A stretch of DNA of 64,000 nt from Flavobacterium sp. (GTDB lineage: Bacteria; Bacteroidota; Bacteroidia; Flavobacteriales; Flavobacteriaceae): contig DALYCS010000001.1 of NCBI GenBank assembly GCA_031973615.1, positions 6,708-70,707 of the forward strand, given 5' to 3'. Position 1 is the stretch's first letter, and each line of letters opens with the position of its first letter. This document shows positions 48,222 through 57,436 of the stretch, in pieces. The notes below the pieces were generated by a model that saw only the letters and a list, made by a program, of their open reading frames with translations, did not search any database and had not been told where the DNA came from. The position numbers and the translations under genes were made by a program.

Positions 48222-49748
48222 TTATAAACTTGCGATTGCTTTTTCGATCCTTTTGATGGTTTCTGCTTTGCCAATCATTTCAATTATATCAAACAAATGA
48301 GGTCCTTTAAGCGCACCTACCAAACTCAAGCGAAGAGGTTGCATTACTTTTCCCATTCCAATTTCATGGGTTGTCATCCAGTTTTTTAATGCTGTTTCAA
48401 TAGTAGTCGAAGTAAAATCTTCTATTTTTCCCAATTCTGAAATCACTTGTTGCATTAATCCAGGAGTTTCTTCTTTCCAGTTTTTAACTGCCTTTTCGTC
48501 GTATGATGTTGGCGCCTCAAAGAAATAATCAGCTAAATCCCAAAATTCATTTACAAAATGCGCTCTTTCTTTAATTAAGTTGACAACTCTTTCCAGGTCT
48601 AATGTTGTAGAAACACCTCTTTTTACTAATTCTTCAGAAAAACTAATGGCCAATTCCTTATCACTTTTCCCAATTAAATACTGATGATTGAACCATTTGT
48701 TTTTCTCTGGGTCAAACTTCGCTCCTGCTTTGTGAATGCGGTTTAAATCGAATTTTTGTACCAATTCTTGTAACGAGAAAATCTCTTGCTCGGTGCCGTC
48801 ATTCCAACCCAATAAAGCTAAAAAGTTGATCACTGCTTCAGGGAAAAAGCCATTTTCTCTATAACCTGAAGACATCCCTTCTTCGGTTTTAGCTTCGCTC
48901 AGTTCGCCTTTGGCTTGTGTCCACGCTAAAGGGAATACCGGAAAGCCCATTTTATCACCATCACGCTTAGATAATTTTCCATTTCCAATCGGTTTTAAAA
49001 TTAAAGGTAAATGTGCAAATTCAGGTGCGTTCCAACCCAATGCTTTGTATAATAAGTGGTGTAATGGCAAACTAGGCAACCATTCCTCACCCCGAATTAC
49101 ATGTGTGGTTTCCATTAAATGATCATCCACAACATTGGCTAAATGGTAAGTAGGCATACCATCTGATTTGAATAATACTTTATCGTCTAATACATTGGTG
49201 TCAAATTTAATGTCGCCTCGAATGATGTCTTTTAATTCTAAAATTTCATTCACAGGTGTTTTAAATCGAATGACATATGGGTCCCCATTTGCTATGCGTT
49301 CGGTTACTTTTTCCGGTGATAATGTAAGCGAATTGTCCAGTTGCGCTCTTACAGAATGATTGTAAATAAAAGTATTTCCTTTCGTTTCGGCCTCTTTACG
49401 CATAGTATCTAAACTTTCTGCGGTGTCAAATGCATAATAAGCCCATCCTGAGACAATCAATTGGTCAGCAAATTCTTGGTACATTGCTTTTCGCTCACTT
49501 TGTCGATAGGGTCCAAATTTTTCGTTCTTGCCTACGGTTTCATCAGGCGCTATTCCCAACCACTCAAGCGCTTCAAATATATAGGATTCGGCTCCAGGAA
49601 CAAATCGGGTTTGATCTGTGTCTTCAATACGAAGATAAAATGTGCCTCCGTGTTTTTTGGCAAATAAATAGTTAAACAATGCGGTTCTAACCCCACCGAT
49701 ATGTAATGGCCCTGTTGGACTTGGTGCAAATCGTACTCTTACAGACAT
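48222..49748 (-). CDS. gltX: Glutamate--tRNA ligase
   Basis: RFAPSPTGPLHIGG, RIEDTD, HVIRGEEW and KLSKR motifs. Confidence 0.98.
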   Translation of the reverse strand: MSVRVRFAPSPTGPLHIGGVRTALFNYLFAKKHGGTFYLRIEDTDQTRFVPGAESYIFEALEWLGIAPDETVGKNEKFGPYRQSERKAMYQEFADQLIVSGWAYYAFDTAESLDTMRKEAETKGNTFIYNHSVRAQLDNSLTLSPEKVTERIANGDPYVIRFKTPVNEILELKDIIRGDIKFDTNVLDDKVLFKSDGMPTYHLANVVDDHLMETTHVIRGEEWLPSLPLHHLLYKALGWNAPEFAHLPLILKPIGNGKLSKRDGDKMGFPVFPLAWTQAKGELSEAKTEEGMSSGYRENGFFPEAVINFLALLGWNDGTEQEIFSLQELVQKFDLNRIHKAGAKFDPEKNKWFNHQYLIGKSDKELAISFSEELVKRGVSTTLDLERVVNLIKERAHFVNEFWDLADYFFEAPTSYDEKAVKNWKEETPGLMQQVISELGKIEDFTSTTIETALKNWMTTHEIGMGKVMQPLRLSLVGALKGPHLFDIIEMIGKAETIKRIEKAIASL

Positions 49749-49925
49749 TTTTATTAAATTTTAGGCAAAGATACAATTACAATTTAGATGTAAGAATTTA
49801 GAGTTTAGAAAATCTTTAGGTTATTAAACATTCGATTCTAAAAACATTAAGTTTCATAAAAAACCTATTGACTAATCTTGATAGATATCGTATTTTTAGC
49901 GGTTATTAACCAAGGGTTTATAAAA

Positions 49926-52900
49926 GTGTCAGAAAAAAACATAATTTACTTCAAACTCGAACGCTTTATCAAGAAGTTCTATACCAACGAACTGATCAAA
50001 GGAACACTTCTTTTCATCGGTTTGGGGTTGTTGTATTTTATTTTCACTTTATTGGTTGAATATTTTTTGTGGCTTTCTATTCAAGGCAGAACAGTTTTGT
50101 TTTGGTTGTTTGTGGCGGTTGAGTCTTATTTATTGACGCGATGGATTGCCTTTCCTTTGTTTAAGTTGTTTAAGTTGCAAAAAGGAATTAATCACGAACA
50201 GGCGGCACACATTATTGGAAGTCATTTTACGGAAGTTCAAGATAAATTACTCAATTTTCTTCAACTAACCCATCAAAATCAAACTTCTGAATTGCTTCTT
50301 GCCTCCATTGAACAAAAGGCGGCAGCCTTGCAGCCTATACCGTTTTCAAACGCGGTAAATTTTACCCAAAACAAAAGGTTTTTACCCTATACCTTAGCTC
50401 CAATTCTATTGTTGATTTTGTTTTTTATTACGGGTAATTCAGAAATTATTTCAAACAGTTTTACGCGCGTGGTGCATTACAAAACAACTTTTACACCTCC
50501 CGCTCCATTTGAATTTGTACTATTAAATCCGTCATTAACTACTCAACAATATTCCGATTTTACATTACAAGTAAAAACACACGGCAACGTAATTCCAGAA
50601 AATGTAGCCATAAAAATTGGAGAAGAAGTATATTATTTACAAAGTTCGCGCCCCGGATTTTTTGAGTATACCTTCCCTAAATTAACCAAAGACGTGTTTT
50701 TTTCGCTGCAAGCAAATGACATTCAATCAGATACATTTCATCTAAACGTGGTGGATGTGCCGACCATTACAAATTTTCAAATGCAATTACAGTATCCTGC
50801 ATATTTGGGCAAAAAAACAGAAACCATACAAGGAACAGGGAATGCAGTAGTTCCAGAAGGCACCGTAATCACGTGGAACATCCATGCGGTTGCTACTGAT
50901 AAAATGGTATTGCATCTAAATAACAGACCAAGCCTTTTTGCTGTTCATCCCCCCATTTTTTCAATATCCAGAAAAATAATGGGAAATTTAAACTATGAAA
51001 TTAGTACCTCTAATAAACAATGGGAATCTTTTGAAAAACTTACATATCAAATCTCAGTTGTTAAAGATCAGTTCCCAAGCATTTCGATACAAGCCGCGCC
51101 CGATTCGTTACACTTGAAATCCAAAGTGCTTTTGGGCCAAATTTCAGACGACCATGGCTTATCAAAGTTGCGGCTTGTTTATTATCCAAAAGACAACCCT
51201 AGGGCTATAAAAACAGCTAATTTACCCATACGCAAGCAAGCGGTCGATCAATTTGTATATTCTTTTCCAACAGGAGTCACCCTAGAAAAAGGTGTAAATT
51301 ATGAGTATTATTTTGAGGTGTTTGATAACGATGTGGTCAACCAATTCAAAAGCACCAAATCGGTTGTTTTTCAGCATTATGAAATGACGGAAATTCAAAA
51401 AGAGGACCAGCAATTAAAAGAACAACAAGAAAACATCAACAGTCTCGAAAAATCACTTCAAAATCAAGACAAGCAACTTTCTGAATTAGACAAGCTCCAA
51501 AAAATGAATAAGGAAAAATCGGTTTTGGACTTTAAAGACCAAAAGAAAGTAACAGATTTTATCAATCGTCAGAAGCAACAAGACGAAATGATGAAAGAGT
51601 TTACTAAAAAACTAACCGACAATTTAGAGGAGTTTAACCCAAAAGTGCAAGATAAAGAAAAACAAGAATTATTGCGAAGGCTCGAAGAAGCAGAAAAACA
51701 ATCCGAAAAAAACGAAAAATTACTCAAAGAATTGGAAGAACTTTCTAAAAAATTAGAAAAAGAGGATTTGTTTGATAAGGCCGATAAATTAAAGCAAAAC
51801 GCTAAAAATCAGAAACAAAACCTCGAACAATTGGTAGAATTAACCAAACGTTTTTATGTGGAAAAAAAGGCCGAACAACTAGCAGATAAATTACAACAAC
51901 TAGCCGTAAAACAAGAGCAATTGGCTGCCGATCCAAAAGACAATAGCGAAAAAAACCAAAAAGAAATCAATGCTGCTTTTGATGACATTCAAAAAGAATT
52001 GCAAGAGTTGGATAAGGAAAACAAGGAATTGAAAGATCCCCTATATATTCCTAACGAGAAGAATGAGCAAGAAGAAATAAAAAAAGACCTACAAAAAGCG
52101 GCTGAGGAACTAAATAAGCAACAACCCAAAAAGGCCCAACCAAAGCAGAAAGCCGCCGCAGCTAAGATGAAAGAAATGAGTCAAAAAATGGCCCAATCGA
52201 TGGATTCTGGCGAATCGGAACAATTGAAAGAGGATGCAAAGTTGTTGCGACAAATATTGGATAATTTATTGGCCTTTTCATTTGATCAGGAACGATTGAT
52301 TGCTAGTACAAATTCAGCACAAACCCGCTCTTTACAATTGAATAAAGTATTGAAAAAGCAACAAGATTTGAAACAACAATTTAAACACGTTGACGACAGT
52401 TTGTTTGCTGTGTCTTCTCGCAATCCACGAATAACCGAAATCATTTTAAAAGAATTAGGGGACGTACATTATAATCTTGATAAAACACTTGAATCGTTGG
52501 CTGATAATGCTATTTCTAAAGGAGCGTCGCATCAGCAATATGTGCTTACGTCGGCCAATCGTTTAGCTGATTTTTTAAGCAACGTTCAGAGCCAAATGAA
52601 CATGGAGATGCAGGGTCAAGGTAAAGGCACTCCAAAGCCAGGTAAAGGACAAGGAGCCGGTATGCAACTACCCGACATTATCAAGAAACAAGATGGTTTG
52701 GGCGAAAAAATGAAAGAAGGCATGAAGCCTGGAGAACAGCCGGGCAGTAAGCCGGGTGAAGGAAAACAAAAAGGAAAAGAAGGAAAAGGCGATTCGGGAG
52801 GAGATAACCAAGATGGTGACAGTGGATCCGAAGGCAATGCCGGCAAGGTCTTAGACATACTTAAAGAACAACGGCAGTTGCGCGATGCCCTTCAGAAGGC

Positions 52901-53249
52901 ACTGGAAAAAGAAGGCATGACCAATCAAGGGATGAGTGCTTTACAACAAATGAAAGACATTGAAAAACAATTGATTAACAAGGGATTTAAGAACGAAACC
53001 CTTCAAAATATATTGAATCTTAAACACGAACTCTTGAAGCTTGAAAAAGCGATTCAACAGCAAGGAGAAGACACTAAAAGACAATCAAAGGCAAACGAAC
53101 AAAACTATTCCAATACAGCGCCACCTCTCTCTAAAGAATTAAAAGAATATATCAATAGTGTTGAAATATTAAACCGACAAAGCTTACCTTTGCAACCCAA
53201 TTTCAACCAAAAAGTACAACGTTATTTTAAGAGCTATGATCAGTTTTAA
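49926..53249 (+). CDS. Large DUF4175-like membrane-anchored coiled-coil protein; start uncertain (GTG 49926 or 49878)
   Basis: N-terminal TMs, beta-rich middle with DDHGL motif, long Q/E/K coiled coil and G/K-rich linker. Confidence 0.78.
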   Translation: MSEKNIIYFKLERFIKKFYTNELIKGTLLFIGLGLLYFIFTLLVEYFLWLSIQGRTVLFWLFVAVESYLLTRWIAFPLFKLFKLQKGINHEQAAHIIGSHFTEVQDKLLNFLQLTHQNQTSELLLASIEQKAAALQPIPFSNAVNFTQNKRFLPYTLAPILLLILFFITGNSEIISNSFTRVVHYKTTFTPPAPFEFVLLNPSLTTQQYSDFTLQVKTHGNVIPENVAIKIGEEVYYLQSSRPGFFEYTFPKLTKDVFFSLQANDIQSDTFHLNVVDVPTITNFQMQLQYPAYLGKKTETIQGTGNAVVPEGTVITWNIHAVATDKMVLHLNNRPSLFAVHPPIFSISRKIMGNLNYEISTSNKQWESFEKLTYQISVVKDQFPSISIQAAPDSLHLKSKVLLGQISDDHGLSKLRLVYYPKDNPRAIKTANLPIRKQAVDQFVYSFPTGVTLEKGVNYEYYFEVFDNDVVNQFKSTKSVVFQHYEMTEIQKEDQQLKEQQENINSLEKSLQNQDKQLSELDKLQKMNKEKSVLDFKDQKKVTDFINRQKQQDEMMKEFTKKLTDNLEEFNPKVQDKEKQELLRRLEEAEKQSEKNEKLLKELEELSKKLEKEDLFDKADKLKQNAKNQKQNLEQLVELTKRFYVEKKAEQLADKLQQLAVKQEQLAADPKDNSEKNQKEINAAFDDIQKELQELDKENKELKDPLYIPNEKNEQEEIKKDLQKAAEELNKQQPKKAQPKQKAAAAKMKEMSQKMAQSMDSGESEQLKEDAKLLRQILDNLLAFSFDQERLIASTNSAQTRSLQLNKVLKKQQDLKQQFKHVDDSLFAVSSRNPRITEIILKELGDVHYNLDKTLESLADNAISKGASHQQYVLTSANRLADFLSNVQSQMNMEMQGQGKGTPKPGKGQGAGMQLPDIIKKQDGLGEKMKEGMKPGEQPGSKPGEGKQKGKEGKGDSGGDNQDGDSGSEGNAGKVLDILKEQRQLRDALQKALEKEGMTNQGMSALQQMKDIEKQLINKGFKNETLQNILNLKHELLKLEKAIQQQGEDTKRQSKANEQNYSNTAPPLSKELKEYINSVEILNRQSLPLQPNFNQKVQRYFKSYDQF

Positions 53250-53655
53250 TTACGAAACCCAATTTGTTTTAGAGAATGAAACAGTATTTGAAGACTGGAT
53301 ATCTCGAATTATTGTATCAGAAGGTTTTGAGGAAGGAGAGATTAATTATATTTTTTGTGATGACGAGTATTTGCACAAAATTAATATGGAATATTTAAAC
53401 CATGACACCTTAACCGACATTATTAGTTTTGACTACACTGTAGGAAATGTACTACAAGGCGATATTTTTGTTTCTATCGAACGTGTTATGGATAACGCTA
53501 AGGATTTTAAGGTTTCGTTTGATGATGAATTAAAAAGAGTTATGTCTCACGGGGTGCTCCATTATTGTGGTTACAAAGACAAGTCGCCTGCAGATGAGGC
53601 TGTTATGCGTAAAAAAGAAAATGAAAAAATCAAGATGTTTCACGTGGAACAATAG
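53236..53655 (+). CDS. ybeY: rRNA maturation endoribonuclease YbeY
   Basis: TDIISF, GDIFVS and HGVLHYCGYKD motifs. Confidence 0.95.
   Translation: MISFNYETQFVLENETVFEDWISRIIVSEGFEEGEINYIFCDDEYLHKINMEYLNHDTLTDIISFDYTVGNVLQGDIFVSIERVMDNAKDFKVSFDDELKRVMSHGVLHYCGYKDKSPADEAVMRKKENEKIKMFHVEQ
53636..53651. promoter_or_regulatory. parS: parS site, inside the 3' end of ybeY
   Basis: TGTTTCACGTGGAACA, one mismatch to the TGTTTCACGTGAAACA palindrome. Confidence 0.88.
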
Positions 53656-53672
53656 CAACTTGAAATGAAGTT

Positions 53673-53688
53673 TGTTTCACGTGGAACA
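53673..53688. promoter_or_regulatory. parS: parS site, ybeY-mnmG intergenic
   Basis: TGTTTCACGTGGAACA, identical copy 37 bp downstream. Confidence 0.88.
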
Positions 53689-53703
53689 TAAAATCAGTAT
53701 AAA

Positions 53704-55575
53704 ATGTTTTTAAACGAATATGATGTAATTGTTGTGGGTGCTGGTCATGCGGGATGTGAAGCTGCTGCTGCTGCTGCTAACATGGGTTGTTCTGTGTTAT
53801 TGATAACCATGAATCTGCAAAATATCGCTCAGATGTCTTGCAACCCTGCTATGGGTGGAATTGCAAAAGGACAAATTGTTCGAGAAATTGATGCTCTTGG
53901 GGGGTACTCTGGGATAGTGTCGGACAAAACAGCCATTCAATTTAAAATGTTGAACAAATCGAAAGGACCCGCTATGTGGTCTCCTCGAGTACAATCAGAC
54001 AGAATGCGTTTTTCTGACGAGTGGAGAACCATGCTTGAGAACACGCCAAATCTTGATTTTTATCAAGAAATGGTTGCGGGATTGTTGTCGGAAAACGGCA
54101 AAATTACAGGCGTAAAAACATCTTTAGGGGTTTCTATAAAAGCCAAATCAGTGGTGTTAACTAATGGTACTTTTCTTAACGGATTAATCCATATTGGAGA
54201 AAAACAATTTGGTGGTGGACGCGCAGGTGAAAGCGCTTCGTTTGGTATTACCGAAGACTTGGTAAAATTGGGTTTTGAATCGGGCAGAATGAAAACCGGA
54301 ACGCCTCCACGAGTGGACGGTAGATCTTTAGATTTTTCAAAAATGAGCGAACAACCAGGCGACGATGTGCCGGAAAAGTTTTCTTATTCGAATGTGACAG
54401 CCCCTTTGAAAACCCAGCGTTCGTGTTGGATGTCTTATACGTCTTTAGAAGTACACGACATTTTACGCGAAGGTTTTGACAGAAGCCCAATGTTTAACGG
54501 TCGAATAAAAAGTTTGGGTCCGCGGTATTGCCCCTCAATTGAAGATAAAATTAATCGCTTTGCGGATAAAGAGCGTCATCAATTATTTGTAGAACCTGAA
54601 GGCTGGACTACTTGCGAATATTATATTAATGGTTTTTCTACGTCTTTACCGGAAGACATTCAATTTAAAGCTTTGCGATCGGTGGCGGGTTTTGAAAATG
54701 TAAAATTTTTTAGACCGGGATATGCAATTGAATACGACTACTTCCCTCCTACGCAGTTGCTACATACATTAGAGACTAAATTGGTAGCAGGGTTGTATTT
54801 TGCGGGTCAAATAAATGGTACTACAGGATATGAAGAAGCGGCATCTCAAGGATTAATGGCCGGCATAAATGCTGCCTTAAAAGTGCAACAGCGTGAACCG
54901 TTTATCTTAAAAAGAGACGAAGCGTATATTGGCGTTCTGATTGATGATTTAATTACAAAAGGAACAGAAGAACCCTACAGAATGTTTACTTCGCGCGCCG
55001 AGTACCGCACCTTATTACGTCAGGATAATGCAGATTTTAGATTAACACCTAAATCATTTGAAATTGGATTGGCCAAAGAAGATCGTATGGTTCGAATGGA
55101 ACAAAAATTTTCTCAGTCAGAAGCAATGGTCAATTTTTTCAAAAACACCAGTTTAAAGCCAGAGGAGGCAAATCCTATATTAGAATCGAAAGGTTCTGCT
55201 CCAATGAGTCAGCCCGATAAAATGTTTAAAGTGTTTTCTCGTCCCCAATTGGACTTAGAAGATTTTAGAAAGTTCAAAAAAGTTGCGGCCTATATTGACG
55301 AATATAATTTGGATCAAGAAGTGGTGGAGCAAGCCGAAATACAAGTTAAATATTCGGGTTATATCGAAAAAGAAAAAAACAATGCGGATAAATTAACCCG
55401 TTTAGAAGACATTATTATTCCTGATAATTTCAATTTCGATAACATCCAATCTATTTCTATTGAAGCCAAACAAAAATTAAATAAAATCCGCCCTAGGACT
55501 ATTGCTCAAGCTTCGCGTATTAGTGGCGTTTCGCCTAGCGATATTTCAGTTTTACTGATCTACATGGGAAGATAA
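53704..55575 (+). CDS. mnmG: tRNA uridine-5-carboxymethylaminomethyl(34) synthesis enzyme MnmG/GidA
   Basis: VVGAGHAGCEAA, MSCNPAMGG, GPRYCPSIEDK and AGQINGTTGYEEAA motifs. Confidence 0.98.
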   Translation: MFLNEYDVIVVGAGHAGCEAAAAAANMGCSVLLITMNLQNIAQMSCNPAMGGIAKGQIVREIDALGGYSGIVSDKTAIQFKMLNKSKGPAMWSPRVQSDRMRFSDEWRTMLENTPNLDFYQEMVAGLLSENGKITGVKTSLGVSIKAKSVVLTNGTFLNGLIHIGEKQFGGGRAGESASFGITEDLVKLGFESGRMKTGTPPRVDGRSLDFSKMSEQPGDDVPEKFSYSNVTAPLKTQRSCWMSYTSLEVHDILREGFDRSPMFNGRIKSLGPRYCPSIEDKINRFADKERHQLFVEPEGWTTCEYYINGFSTSLPEDIQFKALRSVAGFENVKFFRPGYAIEYDYFPPTQLLHTLETKLVAGLYFAGQINGTTGYEEAASQGLMAGINAALKVQQREPFILKRDEAYIGVLIDDLITKGTEEPYRMFTSRAEYRTLLRQDNADFRLTPKSFEIGLAKEDRMVRMEQKFSQSEAMVNFFKNTSLKPEEANPILESKGSAPMSQPDKMFKVFSRPQLDLEDFRKFKKVAAYIDEYNLDQEVVEQAEIQVKYSGYIEKEKNNADKLTRLEDIIIPDNFNFDNIQSISIEAKQKLNKIRPRTIAQASRISGVSPSDISVLLIYMGR

Positions 55576-55644
55576 GAAAGTAGCAAGACTGATGGATCAA
55601 ATTATAAGTCCCTTTTGTCTTAATACGAAACCTTTAACTAAATA

Positions 55645-55660
55645 TGTTTCACGTGAAACA
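55645..55660. promoter_or_regulatory. parS: parS site (perfect palindrome)
   Basis: TGTTTCACGTGAAACA. Confidence 0.92.
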
Positions 55661-55708
55661 ACGGCGCCAAACCCTATTATAATTAATTATTTGATTAAAA
55701 ACACATAC

Positions 55709-56557
55709 ATGAATTTTTCAGAAGACCATAGTTTTATCACCGTAAAAGATTTTTCAGTATCCGGAGAATCTTTTTCACTGTTGCTCAACGAAGAATACCA
55801 ATTATTGAAAACGCACCCCCAACCTACTCTAGATCGTTTAGGTGTATATTATGAGTTCGAAGATTATATTTCGCATACTGACGGAAAACGAACACTTTTT
55901 GAAAAAATGTATCATTTTGTAAAACGAAGTGCATTAAAAAACAAAGTGCAATTGATAACTTCTAGTCAACCGCTAAAAGGAAAATTATTAGATATTGGTG
56001 CCGGAACCGGAGATTTTCTAATAGAAGCAAATAAACAAAATTGGGAAACCATTGGCATTGAACCCAACGATAAAGCCAAAGCGATTGCAACAGGAAAAGG
56101 CGTGCAATTTGCTGATACCATAGAAAAATTAGAAAGCAATTCTTTTGATGTTATTACGTTATGGCATGTGTTAGAACATGTGCCCGATGTAGCCCATCAC
56201 GCAGCCGAGTTGAAGCGTTTGTTAAAACCTTCAGGAACACTTATTATCGCAGTGCCTAATTTTAAATCCTATGACGCTACCTATTATAGTTCGTTTTGGG
56301 CTGCCTATGATGTACCTCGTCATTTATGGCATTTTTCTAAAACCGCCATTGAAAAATTGTTTGATCATCAAAACATGAATGTAGTTGCAATTAAACCCAT
56401 GTGGTTTGATAGTTTTTATGTTTCTTTATTATCCGAAAAGCACAAAACCGGTAAAATGAATTTTGTTCGCGGATTTGCAATAGGATGTATTTCAAATCTA
56501 GTAGGATTGTTTAAAAATGAATTTTCATCACACATTTACATCTTAAAAAACAAGTAA
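55709..56557 (+). CDS. Class I SAM-dependent methyltransferase; likely start ATG 55709
   Basis: LLDIGAGTGDF, FDVITLWHVLEH and PRHLWHF motifs. Confidence 0.9.
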   Translation: MNFSEDHSFITVKDFSVSGESFSLLLNEEYQLLKTHPQPTLDRLGVYYEFEDYISHTDGKRTLFEKMYHFVKRSALKNKVQLITSSQPLKGKLLDIGAGTGDFLIEANKQNWETIGIEPNDKAKAIATGKGVQFADTIEKLESNSFDVITLWHVLEHVPDVAHHAAELKRLLKPSGTLIIAVPNFKSYDATYYSSFWAAYDVPRHLWHFSKTAIEKLFDHQNMNVVAIKPMWFDSFYVSLLSEKHKTGKMNFVRGFAIGCISNLVGLFKNEFSSHIYILKNK

Positions 56558-56794
56558 ACATCCTTTTTAAGCGATTTAAAAGCTCTTCAACAACAAAACA
56601 AGCAAATAGTCGCCGGTTTTTAGTTACGCTGTTAGCGGTCAATTATAGCGGTTGTTTTTTATAACGCAAAACTATAAGTATTTTTATCACTATAAGAAAC
56701 GCTTATACTTAAAATGAAAAATAAAAAAGCTACAAATTTGCAACTTGCCAACTAATTATTACTTTTACAAAAATTTATAAATAATTCACACCCA

Positions 56795-57361
56795 ATGAAA
56801 AAAATCATTTTAATTGTAGGACTTGTGTCAAGCTTAATTGCTTGTAACAAAAATGAAGGAAAATCAGGAAGTTTAAAAACAGCATATATCGACACAGCAG
56901 AAATTTTAGAGAAATACGAAAAATTTAAAGCTGAAGACGAAAAATTTAAAGTGAAATCGGAAGAAATGGGCCGACCACTAGAAGCGAAAGTGAAAGCATT
57001 TCAAATGGAAGCACAAAGTTTTCAGCAAAATGCTCAAGTGAAAGGACCTCAATGGGCGCAACAAAAAGGGGCCGAACTTTCACAACGAGAACAACAATTA
57101 GGAGTTGAGCAAAATGCTTTATTGCAACAATTACAAGAAGAGGGTGGTGTTTTAAGAGATTCAATCATTAAAGAAGTTAAAGTATTCATTAAAGAATATG
57201 GCAAAAAGAAAGGATATGATTATATCTATGGTACTGGAGATGCAGCCACTATTTTGTATTCTAAAGACTCGTATAATATCACAGAAGAAGTATTAAAAGA
57301 GTTAAATGAGAAATACAAAACATCCGAAAAGAAAGAAGAACAATCAACCGAGAAAAAATAA
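56795..57361 (+). CDS. OmpH/Skp family chaperone (lipoprotein)
   Basis: Lipobox LIAC, KTAYIDT, long helices, GYDYIY and NITEEVLKELN motifs. Confidence 0.9.
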   Translation: MKKIILIVGLVSSLIACNKNEGKSGSLKTAYIDTAEILEKYEKFKAEDEKFKVKSEEMGRPLEAKVKAFQMEAQSFQQNAQVKGPQWAQQKGAELSQREQQLGVEQNALLQQLQEEGGVLRDSIIKEVKVFIKEYGKKKGYDYIYGTGDAATILYSKDSYNITEEVLKELNEKYKTSEKKEEQSTEKK

Positions 57362-57365
57362 TTCT

Positions 57366-57396
57366 AAAGTCCTGAGTCATCAGGACTTTTTTATTT
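57366..57396 (+). terminator. Terminator after the OmpH gene
   Basis: AAAGTCCTGA-gtca-TCAGGACTTT hairpin with T-tract. Confidence 0.8.
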
Positions 57397-57436
57397 CTAG
57401 TGCTTTCGTTATATTTGTTTACTAATTTTACGCCAT

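Noticed and set aside
53636..53688. Two identical 16-bp repeats 37 bp apart as a mini-CRISPR
   Set aside because: Too short, only two copies, no cas genes, and they match parS
53761..53778. (GCT)6 microsatellite
   Set aside because: Encodes the Ala run after the FAD-binding motif of MnmG; in frame and unremarkable
56558..56794. Possible structured RNA between the methyltransferase and OmpH genes (TAGCGGT twice, ACTATAAG twice)
   Set aside because: No consistent stem set or known RNA motif recognised; a covariance search would be needed
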